NCBI GenBank assembly: GCA_964507075.1
Contig: CAZDOL010000005.1
Location: forward strand, 23,437 to 43,600
DNA: 20,164 nt
Direction: 5' to 3'
Source: an uncultured Gammaproteobacteria bacterium
GTDB taxonomy: Bacteria > Patescibacteriota > Patescibacteriia > UBA2591 > UBA6264
The notes under the pieces: generated by a model
Seen by the model: only the letters and a program-made list of their open reading frames with translations
Told to the model about the DNA's origin: nothing
Databases searched by the model: none
Part shown: positions 1 through 7,314 of the stretch, in pieces
How the letters are laid out: every line of letters starts with the position of its first letter
Numbering within the stretch: position 1 is the first letter of the stretch
Made by a program: the position numbers and the translations under genes

Positions 1-444
1 TTTAAGAATTTTCAATAATTCTAAGTAAGCATCTTCTGGGCTTTCTTTACTGCCCCTGCAATGCAATATCAGTGGCAGGTTAAATGTGTGAGCTAATTCT
101 ATGTGCTGTTTTAAAACTTTTGTTTGCTCGTCTTTGTTTTTATCTGAATGATAAAAATCCAATCCTGTTTCGCCAATTGCTTTAATATAATCTATATTGG
201 CCTTAACAATTTCACTATATTTATTAATATCAAAAACTTCATCTTTGACATGAATTGGGTGCAAGCCAATAGCTGCATAACATTCATTGTGTTCTTTCGC
301 TATTTCAATGGCCTTCTGGCTGGTTAAAAAATTAGAGCCCACATTAATAATTGAGCGGACATTATTCTTCAATGCCCGCTGAATAGCTTGTTGGTAATCA
401 TTCTGAAATGCTTTAAAATTTAAGTGTGCGTGAGTGTCAATCAT
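1..444 (-). CDS. tatD: TatD-family metal-dependent hydrolase/DNase, N-terminal 148 aa (3' end runs off the window)
   Basis: My own translation of rc(1..444) gives MIDTHAHLNFKAFQNDYQQAIQRALKNNVRSIINVG...IGETGLDFYH...LPLILHCRG. The N-terminal DTHxHL and GExGLD motifs are TatD/YcfH hallmarks. It is absent from the ORF track because no stop codon lies in the window. Confidence 0.85.
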   Translation of the reverse strand, partial: MIDTHAHLNFKAFQNDYQQAIQRALKNNVRSIINVGSNFLTSQKAIEIAKEHNECYAAIGLHPIHVKDEVFDINKYSEIVKANIDYIKAIGETGLDFYHSDKNKDEQTKVLKQHIELAHTFNLPLILHCRGSKESPEDAYLELLKILK

Positions 445-448
445 TTAT

Positions 449-889
449 TCATAATTTAAAATTCTTGAGGTTGAATGCTATTGGCAAAAGTTCAGAAATT
501 TTAGCAATTATAATTTTAGTTTTGTCTCTATCGGACATAATAACATCAAAATCAATACCTGATTTCTGAGAAAATTCAGAAAGCATTTGCCGACAAGCTC
601 CGCAAGGAGTAATTACTTCCTCTAAAGAACTAATAATAGCCATAGCTTTAAAATTATTCTCTCCCAAAATATTTGCTTGCGCTAACGCTGATTGTTCTGC
701 GCAGGTCGATAAACGAAAAGAAGCATTTTCAATATTAGCCCCTTGAATTACTTTATTGCTATCTGTTAAAATGGCCGCGCCCACTGCTATGTTTGAATAA
801 GGATTATGGGCTCTATGGCTCGCCTCTTCTGCAGATTGTACTAAGTCCTTGTATTCTTCTTTCAATTCTTTAAAATTAATATTTTCCAT
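449..889 (-). CDS. cdd: Cytidine deaminase
   Basis: 146 aa. The zinc-ligand motifs CAEQSA (C-A-E) and PCGACRQ are present, and the size fits the homotetrameric bacterial Cdd class. The stop codon is TGA. Confidence 0.9.
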   Translation of the reverse strand: MENINFKELKEEYKDLVQSAEEASHRAHNPYSNIAVGAAILTDSNKVIQGANIENASFRLSTCAEQSALAQANILGENNFKAMAIISSLEEVITPCGACRQMLSEFSQKSGIDFDVIMSDRDKTKIIIAKISELLPIAFNLKNFKL

Positions 890-900
890 ATTTTTAATTT

Positions 901-923
901 ATTTGGAGACTTAGTCTCCAAAT
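901..923. repeat. REP-like perfect palindrome ATTTGGAGAC-TTA-GTCTCCAAAT (copy 1 of 4)
   Basis: 10-bp stem with a 3-nt loop. The same core recurs at 19722, 19940 and 20042. It overlaps the last codons and the stop codon of the Doc gene (CCA AAA TTT GGA GAC TAA = PKFGD*). Confidence 0.85.
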
Positions 924-1342
924 TTTGGATAGTTGACCAAATGATTGATTATAAAATTTTCAATTTCAGAGAGAATATGAGCTTTATTTTCAGCTGGACT
1001 TTCAGTAACCCATAAAATAAAATTATAGAACTCATCTTCTTGTACTCTTAACCATTTATAATTCTTGGCCATAAAGAACAAAAGAGTAGCCAAAGCTATC
1101 CTTTTGTTGCCGTCCCTAAAAGCGTGATCCTTAATCATTAAATAAAAAGTGATAGCCAACTTTTTGGGCAAATCCCTATAAAAGGGCTGCCCGCCGAACT
1201 CTTCAAAAGGGACCACCAGAGAACTCTCTAAAATATTAGGGTACCGAGTTCTAAATCCTGGCATTTTTTTATGATACTTCTTTAAAACTTTATTTAGCTG
1301 AGTAAAAAGTATCTCTATTTCGCTAATGAAAATTCTTTTCAT
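911..1342 (-). CDS. doc: Doc (death-on-curing) family Fic-fold toxin
   Basis: 143 aa. It carries the Doc-type Fic motif HAFRDGNKRIA (H-x-F-x-D-G-N-K-R) and lies 5 nt downstream of a small HTH ORF. Confidence 0.8.
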   Translation of the reverse strand: MKRIFISEIEILFTQLNKVLKKYHKKMPGFRTRYPNILESSLVVPFEEFGGQPFYRDLPKKLAITFYLMIKDHAFRDGNKRIALATLLFFMAKNYKWLRVQEDEFYNFILWVTESPAENKAHILSEIENFIINHLVNYPKFGD

Positions 1343-1347
1343 AAAAA

Positions 1348-1614
1348 TTAACTTAAACGCTCAAATAATGAGCCATAATCATCAATCATTTTCTTTACTA
1401 TATGGGATATTTCTTCGGATGACACAAAAGCTCTAGTTAACTTTTCTAAACTTTGTACTGGACAAAATAAATCTTGATCCTTTTTTACGAGCTTAATGTC
1501 CCCCTTTTCGGCCTTATCAATGATTATTTTTTTATCTACTCCTAAATATCTGGACAATTCGTTTAAATTTAAACATCTTTCTTCGAGAGATTTTTTTTTC
1601 TTATTCGCAATCAT
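1348..1614 (-). CDS. Small HTH DNA-binding protein, candidate antitoxin for Doc
   Basis: 88 aa. The segment LNLNELSRYLGVDKKIIIDKAEKGDI resembles an excisionase/MerR-type HTH. It sits immediately upstream of doc, and its ATG overlaps the rarA stop (ATGA at 1611-1614). Confidence 0.5.
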   Translation of the reverse strand: MIANKKKKSLEERCLNLNELSRYLGVDKKIIIDKAEKGDIKLVKKDQDLFCPVQSLEKLTRAFVSSEEISHIVKKMIDDYGSLFERLS

Positions 1615-2837
1615 AAATATTTTCTATTTTTTAATTTATCTGGCAAATAACTTTGCTTTTCTTTATAGTTATGGTCAGGGCTATATTGATAACCCTTTCC
1701 ATAACCCATGTCTTCCATCAATTGCGTTGAAGCATTGCGTAAATGTAACGGAACAGGTAAATTTCCATGCTCAGTTACATCCTTTGCTGCCTTTGTATAA
1801 GCGGAATATAAAGCGTTTGATTTTTTGCATTTAGATAGATACACCACTGCTTGCGCTAAAATTACATTGCACTCTGGCATGCCAATAAAATGACATGCTT
1901 GATAAGCTGCAACAGTTTGCTCTAACGCTTTAGAATTAGCCAAACCAACATCTTCTGATGCAAAGCGAACTAAACGACGAGCAATATATAATGGCTCTTC
2001 TCCCGCCTCCAACATTCTTGCCATCCAATAAATAGCAGCGTTAGCGTCAGACCCACGCATTGACTTGTGTAGGGCAGAAATAATATTGTAATGTTCTTCT
2101 CCGTTTTTGTCGTAAAAAAGATGAGATTTCTGAAACGCCTGCTTAACTACCTCAATTGTAATTTTTAAACTCTTTTTACTATTTTTGGGGTGCGAGAAAA
2201 CGGCATATTCTAAAACATTAAGAGCTGTTCTGGCATCACCGTTACTCATTTGAGCAATAGATTCAATAACCCTATCTTCTATTTCTATTTTAAATTCTCC
2301 TAAACCCATTTTCTTGTCTTTGATAGCATTTTTAATAATTTTACAAATCTGTTTTTCTGTTAAACTTTTCAGAACAAATACCCTGCAACGAGAAAGCAAA
2401 GCGCTAGTTATCTCAAAGCTGGGATTTTCAGTGGTTGTGCCAATTAAAACAACTTTACCCTGTTCAACATATGGCAAAAGCGCGTCCTGTTGATTTTTTC
2501 TCCACCTATGAATTTCGTCAACAAAAAGAATTGTTTGTTTTCCTTCTTTTTCGTTCTCCTCAGCTTTTTTAAAAATATTTCTCAAATCTTTCAATCCAGA
2601 ACTAACAGCGCTAATTTTTTCAAATTCCGATTTAGTTTGTTTAGCGATAATAAAAGCCAAAGTGGTTTTTCCGCTTCCCGGAGGTCCCCAAAAAATTAAA
2701 GAAGGTAATTGATCAGATTCTATAACTGCTTTCAAGAGAGTGTCATCTCCCACAACTTCCTTCTGTCCTAAAAAATTCTTTAGAGAAACAGGCCTCATTC
2801 TATCTGCTAATGGCGCATTTAAAAAAGTATTTGACAT
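1611..2837 (-). CDS. rarA: Replication-associated recombination protein A (AAA+ ATPase, MgsA/RarA)
   Basis: 408 aa. It has Walker A GPPGSGKTT, Walker B LFVDEIHR, and a C-terminal MgsA-type region (HYNIISALHKSMRGSDANAAIYW...). Confidence 0.9.
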   Translation of the reverse strand: MSNTFLNAPLADRMRPVSLKNFLGQKEVVGDDTLLKAVIESDQLPSLIFWGPPGSGKTTLAFIIAKQTKSEFEKISAVSSGLKDLRNIFKKAEENEKEGKQTILFVDEIHRWRKNQQDALLPYVEQGKVVLIGTTTENPSFEITSALLSRCRVFVLKSLTEKQICKIIKNAIKDKKMGLGEFKIEIEDRVIESIAQMSNGDARTALNVLEYAVFSHPKNSKKSLKITIEVVKQAFQKSHLFYDKNGEEHYNIISALHKSMRGSDANAAIYWMARMLEAGEEPLYIARRLVRFASEDVGLANSKALEQTVAAYQACHFIGMPECNVILAQAVVYLSKCKKSNALYSAYTKAAKDVTEHGNLPVPLHLRNASTQLMEDMGYGKGYQYSPDHNYKEKQSYLPDKLKNRKYL

Positions 2838-2898
2838 ATATTATAATTTAGTATTATTTTAACACATTCCATAAGTTAGAACAATAATCTTATTGCAC

Positions 2899-2926
2899 TT
2901 GTCAAAAAAAACTTTCTTGATATAAT
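2899..2926 (+). promoter_or_regulatory. Sigma70-like promoter for the tRNA pair
   Basis: TTGTCA (2899-2904), a 16-nt spacer, then a perfect TATAAT (2921-2926). It lies about 45 nt upstream of the first tRNA. Confidence 0.5.
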
Positions 2927-2973
2927 AAAGAAACTTTGTTATTCGTTTCACTCATAATAAGTATTGTTAATAA

Positions 2974-3048
2974 CGCGGGGTAGAGCAACGGCAGCTCGCC
3001 AGGCCCATAACCTGGAGGTTACAGGTTCAAATCCTGTCCCCGCAACCA
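2974..3048 (+). tRNA. Initiator tRNA-fMet (anticodon CAT), with encoded CCA
   Basis: Hand-folded cloverleaf: cgcgggg|ta|gagc|aacggca|gctc|g|ccagg|cccataa|cctgg|aggtt|acagg|ttcaaat|cctgt|ccccgca|a|cca. The C1xA72 mismatch and the A11:U24 pair are bacterial initiator hallmarks. Confidence 0.85.
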
Positions 3049-3049
3049 T

Positions 3050-3121
3050 GGCAGGATAGCTCAATGGTAGAGCGGCGTCTTCATAAGGCGCATGTTGCGG
3101 GTTCAATTCCCGCTCCTGCTA
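3050..3121 (+). tRNA. Second tRNA with anticodon CAT (elongator Met or lysidine-modified Ile2; undecidable by eye), no encoded CCA
   Basis: Cloverleaf: ggcagga|ta|gctc|aatggta|gagc|g|gcgtc|ttcataa|ggcgc|atgtt|gcggg|ttcaatt|cccgc|tcctgct|a. It has a G1.U72 wobble and starts 1 nt after the CCA of the first tRNA. Confidence 0.8.
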
Positions 3122-3129
3122 TTTTATAA

Positions 3130-3162
3130 AATCTTGTATATTTCAGGATTTTTTATTTTTTT
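3130..3162 (+). terminator. Intrinsic terminator after the tRNAs; probably also serves the convergent PAP2 gene
   Basis: Stem aatcttg/caggatt (one G.U pair), loop tatattt, then TTTTTTATTTTTTT. On the opposite strand the hairpin is followed by TTTTAT. Confidence 0.55.
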
Positions 3163-3698
3163 CTAAAAATTATATCCACTATCCAAACTGAAAGACAAGC
3201 AGTCAATATCCCCCCTAAAATATCTAAAGGATAATGAACTCCAATAAAAATTCGGGATAATCCCACAATCAAAGAAAAAGTTAATAAAATCAAACCAAAT
3301 TTTCGCCAATCAATAAAGACAATTAACCCCATAACAAAGGCCATGGACGTATGATCAGAGGGAAAAGAAAAATCTTGTGGGGAAGCCAAGAATTTACTCA
3401 ATTGATAAATTGCGGGATAAACAATAAAAGGCCGTTGCCGAACAAAAAATACGCCCAATACATAATTCAATAAATGGCTAATCAAATAAGCTAAAGCCAC
3501 AGCAAAAATAATTTTTAACAAAACAGAAACCAAACGGTTTCTGCGACCAAAAAGATAAAAAATAATGATAAGTAAAGGAATTACAAAAATTAGAAAATCA
3601 GCACAAAAAATTCCAAAAATATCTAAACTAATAAACTTTCCGGCCCAACTATTTATCCAGAGACACAAAGAATGATCTAAAAACCTTATAAACTCCAT
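3153..3698 (-). CDS. PAP2-family membrane phosphatase (undecaprenyl-diphosphatase-like)
   Basis: 181 aa and polytopic. It has the PAP2 motifs VRQRP, PSDHTS and SRIFIGVHYPLD. Confidence 0.8.
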   Translation of the reverse strand: MEFIRFLDHSLCLWINSWAGKFISLDIFGIFCADFLIFVIPLLIIIFYLFGRRNRLVSVLLKIIFAVALAYLISHLLNYVLGVFFVRQRPFIVYPAIYQLSKFLASPQDFSFPSDHTSMAFVMGLIVFIDWRKFGLILLTFSLIVGLSRIFIGVHYPLDILGGILTACLSVWIVDIIFRKK

Positions 3699-3703
3699 GC
3701 AAA

Positions 3704-4108
3704 TTAATGATTAGACTTTTTGAAAAAATAATCCCACCAAGTTTTAAAATTAAAAGAATATTCAGGAGATGAGGGTTGAGCTTTGTTTGGAGAAGAAGAG
3801 TCAACCACTAAAGGAACGATTACTATGGTTCTTTCTCCAGGCTTTTGTAAACTTAGGTTCAAACGAGCAGCTTTTTCCTTAAAATATTCAGTTTTGGACT
3901 TTTCTAAACTATCTATCAAAATTTGATTTTCTGATTCTGTTTCCTCAACCTGTTCTTTAAGGTAATCTAATTCTCTGGTGAGAAGCACGCGATAATTCAT
4001 TTCTTTGACCAAATATATTAAAACCAATAATAAGAAAAAAATTAAAAGAAAAAACAAATATTTAGAAGAAATAATATTCTTTAAAGTGGAAACTTTCTGT
4101 TTAGGCAT
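3704..4108 (-). CDS. Septum formation initiator (FtsB/DivIC-like) protein
   Basis: 134 aa. It has one N-terminal TM segment, then a coiled coil, then EKAARLNLSLQKPGERTIVI, which resembles the FtsB/DivIC C-terminal motif. Confidence 0.65.
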   Translation of the reverse strand: MPKQKVSTLKNIISSKYLFFLLIFFLLLVLIYLVKEMNYRVLLTRELDYLKEQVEETESENQILIDSLEKSKTEYFKEKAARLNLSLQKPGERTIVIVPLVVDSSSPNKAQPSSPEYSFNFKTWWDYFFKKSNH

Positions 4109-4131
4109 AATTATAAATACTTAAAACGCTT

Positions 4132-5931
4132 TCATTTGGTCATGGTTGCAAGATAGGCCTCTGGGGGAATATTAATTTTCCCAAATTGTCCTAATTTTTT
4201 CTTGCCCTTTTTCTGCTTTTTTAATAATTTATTCTTTCTACTAACATCTCCTCCATATAATTTAGCAGTCACATCCTTTCGTAAAGCGGAAATTCTTTCT
4301 GAAGCTAAAATTTTTCCGCCAATTGCTGCTTGGATTTTAATCTCAAACATTTGACGTGGTAAAATATCTTTCAACTTCTTAACTATTCTCCGCCCACAAA
4401 GGTATGCTTGGTCGCGGTAGACAATAGTAGCTAACTGGTCCACTAAATCTCCAGCAACCAAAATATCAAGACGCGCCACATCAGCTACCCTGTAATCTAA
4501 AAACTCATAACTATAAGAAGCATATCCCCTGCTTAATCCTTTTATTTTATCATAAAAATCAACCAATAGTAAAGACAAAGGAGCTTCATAGTGCATAAGA
4601 GCTCGTTTTGAGGTTTGAGAGGCTCCAATATATTCCAAAGAAATAAATTTTACTTTCCCTAAATTATCCAAAAACTCCATTAAAAGCCCGAAACATTCTT
4701 GCGGACATACGATATCAATTTTAACCCAAGGCTCTTCTATTTTTTCAATTTGAGAGGGGTCTGGAAAAGAACTAGGGCTTTTTATAATCTCAAAACGATT
4801 TTTCCAAAAAAGCTTATAAGAAACACTTGGCGCGGTAATAGCTAAATCTAATCCATATTCCCTTTTAAGCCTTTCTCTAGTTATATCTAAATGTAACAAA
4901 CCCAAAAATCCTACCCGAAAACCAAAACCAAGAGCAGAAGAATCTTCTGGTTCAAATATTAAACTAGCATCATTTAATTTTAACTTATCTAATGCTCTAC
5001 GCAGTTTTTCCTGACGACTTCCATCTTTTGGATAAATCCCAGCAAAAACCATGGACTGGGGCTCCTGATAACCGGGCAAAGCCTTATTATCCTGTTTATT
5101 AACTGAGATTGTATCTCCTACCCTACACTTACTAATATCCTTTAGTCCCGTAACAATATATCCTATTTTTCCTGCAGACAACGAATCCTTATCAACTAAA
5201 TCTGGACGAAATATCCCCACCTTAAGAGCAATTGATTCAACGCCAGCTCTAATAAACTTCACTTTTTGATCAGTTCTAACAGATCCATTAAAAATTCTCA
5301 CAAAAGCTACTACACCACGATATTCATCAAAATATGAATCAAAAATCAAAGCAGATAAAGGTTGGTCATTTACGGATTCAGGCGCAGGGACTTTTTTAAT
5401 AACCTCATTTAAAAGTTCTTCAACTCCTTGTCCTATCTTAGCCGAAATGCAAATTATATCATTAAGAGGAGTCTCGGTTAATTCTGATAATTCTTTTTTA
5501 ACTGCTTCTAAATCTAAGTGTGGTAAATCCATCTTATTGATAGCCGGAACAATTTTCAACCCTTGATGTTGCGCTAAATGAAAATTAGCCAAGGTTTGGG
5601 CCTGAATACCCTGACTAGCGTCAACTAATAAAATAGCGCCTTCAACAGCCGCTAAAGAACGCGAAACCTCATAAGAAAAATCAACATGACCCGGGGTATC
5701 AATTAAGTTTAAAATATAGTCCTTTCCTTCCCATTGATAATTCATGGTTACGGGTTGAAGCTTAATGGTAATACCACGCTCTTTTTCTAAGGGCAAACGA
5801 TCTAAATATTGAGGTTCAATTTTATCTTTAGAAATGGTATTAGTTATCTCTAAAAAACGGTCAGCCAGAGTTGACTTTCCGTGGTCAATGTGCGAAATAA
5901 TACAAAAATTTCTAATATTCTGTTTAGACAT
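4132..5931 (-). CDS. lepA: Elongation factor 4 (LepA)
   Basis: GTPase motifs IISHIDHGKST, DTPGHVDF and NKMD, plus a LepA-type C-terminus. The track's start at 5970 is a TTG that forms part of a TTGACA -35 box, so I place the start at ATG 5929-5931 (MSKQNIRNF...). Confidence 0.9.
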   Translation of the reverse strand: MSKQNIRNFCIISHIDHGKSTLADRFLEITNTISKDKIEPQYLDRLPLEKERGITIKLQPVTMNYQWEGKDYILNLIDTPGHVDFSYEVSRSLAAVEGAILLVDASQGIQAQTLANFHLAQHQGLKIVPAINKMDLPHLDLEAVKKELSELTETPLNDIICISAKIGQGVEELLNEVIKKVPAPESVNDQPLSALIFDSYFDEYRGVVAFVRIFNGSVRTDQKVKFIRAGVESIALKVGIFRPDLVDKDSLSAGKIGYIVTGLKDISKCRVGDTISVNKQDNKALPGYQEPQSMVFAGIYPKDGSRQEKLRRALDKLKLNDASLIFEPEDSSALGFGFRVGFLGLLHLDITRERLKREYGLDLAITAPSVSYKLFWKNRFEIIKSPSSFPDPSQIEKIEEPWVKIDIVCPQECFGLLMEFLDNLGKVKFISLEYIGASQTSKRALMHYEAPLSLLLVDFYDKIKGLSRGYASYSYEFLDYRVADVARLDILVAGDLVDQLATIVYRDQAYLCGRRIVKKLKDILPRQMFEIKIQAAIGGKILASERISALRKDVTAKLYGGDVSRKNKLLKKQKKGKKKLGQFGKINIPPEAYLATMTK

Positions 5932-5941
5932 AGTAAAACCA

Positions 5942-5970
5942 ATTTTATGATATTTATGGACTAATGTCAA
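5942..5970 (-). promoter_or_regulatory. lepA promoter
   Basis: On the minus strand: TTGACA (5970-5965), a 17-nt spacer, TAAAAT (5947-5942), then 10 nt to the ATG. This implies a very short leader or a near-leaderless mRNA. Confidence 0.55.
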
Positions 5971-5972
5971 AT

Positions 5973-6006
5973 AAAAAAAACTAGGACCCCCTTAGTATGA
6001 GGGTCC
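5973..6006 (-). terminator. Intrinsic terminator of the 136-aa membrane protein gene
   Basis: On the minus strand: GGACCC-tcatactaag-GGGGTCC followed by TAGTTTTTTTT. Confidence 0.65.
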
Positions 6007-6024
6007 ATAGAATGATGTTGTGTG

Positions 6025-6435
6025 TCAAAAGAGAATAACAGTAGCCATTGCATATGATAGTATCGCGTCCAGAAAAACGCCAGGGAAGATTTGTCTCATT
6101 CCATAACGGAAAAGATAAAATGTATCTGCTACACGGAAAATCAATATGAAAAGAGAAAAAATCAACTGGACAAAGAAAATAGCCATTAGGAAAAAGTAAA
6201 ATTGTATTCTTAACAAATCAACAATTCTATTAATGCCGAGCGAATAAATAGCTGTCAAGACACAAATTACTGTCATCAAGAATACCAAAAAAGCAAAAAA
6301 AACAATAACTAGATTACCCGTTTCTTCCTTTCGGCGTACTATAAGATCTACTGTTTTCCGAGCCATAAATAGAAATAGAAGAATTAGTGGAATATAGCAT
6401 ATCCCAAAACACAAAACTTTTTGAATTAGTGACAT
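6025..6435 (-). CDS. Hypothetical polytopic membrane protein
   Basis: 136 aa with about 4 hydrophobic segments. A strong SD (GGAGGTG) ends 4 nt before the ATG. I recognise no family. Confidence 0.7.
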   Translation of the reverse strand: MSLIQKVLCFGICYIPLILLFLFMARKTVDLIVRRKEETGNLVIVFFAFLVFLMTVICVLTAIYSLGINRIVDLLRIQFYFFLMAIFFVQLIFSLFILIFRVADTFYLFRYGMRQIFPGVFLDAILSYAMATVILF

Positions 6436-6476
6436 TTGTCACCTCCTTGTTTAATTGTAAAGAAATTAATTAATAT

Positions 6477-6505
6477 AATTATTACAGATTTAAACAATTT
6501 GTCAA
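6477..6505 (-). promoter_or_regulatory. Candidate promoter for the membrane protein gene
   Basis: On the minus strand: TTGACA (6505-6500), a 17-nt spacer, then ATAATT within a TAATAATTAT stretch. The -10 choice is ambiguous. Confidence 0.35.
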
Positions 6506-6510
6506 GATGC

Positions 6511-7215
6511 TTATTTCTTTGCTATAGCGACAATATTAGGGCGTAAAAAAGGAAAAATAGAGCCAATTATTCTATTTATAACCTTGTCTAAATTGTTTCT
6601 ATTTGGATAGTTAAAATCAGCATATCGTATTTCAATATCTTTAAATCCAACTATCTTCAAGAGATATTTAATTTCTCGAACAGAATATTCACGATAATGA
6701 TAACCAGGACCATAATCTTTTTTAATATCGTTATTTATGCTTTTTCCAAAAAAACATTTAATCCTATTATTTAATCTTAAAAGGTTAGGGGTGGTAATGA
6801 TAAGTTTCCCTTCTGGCTTTAGTGTCCTAAAGGCTTCAGTAAATACTCTTTTTGGATGAAAATTAAAATGTTCTAATGTTTCGGCCAATAAAGTAACATC
6901 AAATTTTGAATCATCAAACGGAATCTTTTCTTTTGATAAATCACAAGCTTTAATGGTTATGTTAAATTCCCTAGCTCTCTCCTGCATAAGATGATCATCA
7001 ACATCCAAATCAATCCCATATAAATTTCTACAACCCAATGAATGTACACCTAAGAGCGTGTATAAATAGTTTGAAGAGCCAATGTCAAGAAAATATTTAT
7101 CTTTGTCAAATAAATTTTTCAATAATTTGAAGATATACTCAAATCTGTATTGATGAAAATGAAAATATTCTTCTTTATTAACTTTTTGTAAAACTTGTTC
7201 GATGATTTTTGTCAT
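6511..7215 (-). CDS. Class I SAM-dependent methyltransferase
   Basis: 234 aa. It has a motif I-like FLDIGSSNY, an acidic loop YGIDLD, and LLAETLEHF / LIITTPN, which are typical of Methyltransf_11/23-type enzymes. The substrate is unknown. Confidence 0.75.
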   Translation of the reverse strand: MTKIIEQVLQKVNKEEYFHFHQYRFEYIFKLLKNLFDKDKYFLDIGSSNYLYTLLGVHSLGCRNLYGIDLDVDDHLMQERAREFNITIKACDLSKEKIPFDDSKFDVTLLAETLEHFNFHPKRVFTEAFRTLKPEGKLIITTPNLLRLNNRIKCFFGKSINNDIKKDYGPGYHYREYSVREIKYLLKIVGFKDIEIRYADFNYPNRNNLDKVINRIIGSIFPFLRPNIVAIAKK

Positions 7216-7314
7216 ACATTTTCGTTTTAATTTTGATAATTATTGTGAGCGAAGCCACGCTTAGCAGGGCGAAACGAACAACAAGGTTATGACGAGCGTA
7301 GTTAGGAATTGTTC

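Noticed and set aside
1496-1834. Plus-strand 112-aa ORF, and likewise 2490-2699, 13682-14062, 15734-15937 and 17378-17566.
   Set aside because: They are antisense shadows of well-supported minus-strand genes (antitoxin/rarA, rarA, the HEAT-repeat gene and the lipoprotein) and have no recognisable motifs.
2838-2973. A divergent rarA promoter sharing the palindromic TTGTCAA/TTGACAA with the tRNA promoter.
   Set aside because: On the minus strand, TTGACA is followed at 17 nt only by GTTCTA. The TATAAT near the rarA ATG is too close (2 nt) to serve that start. The evidence is too weak to call.
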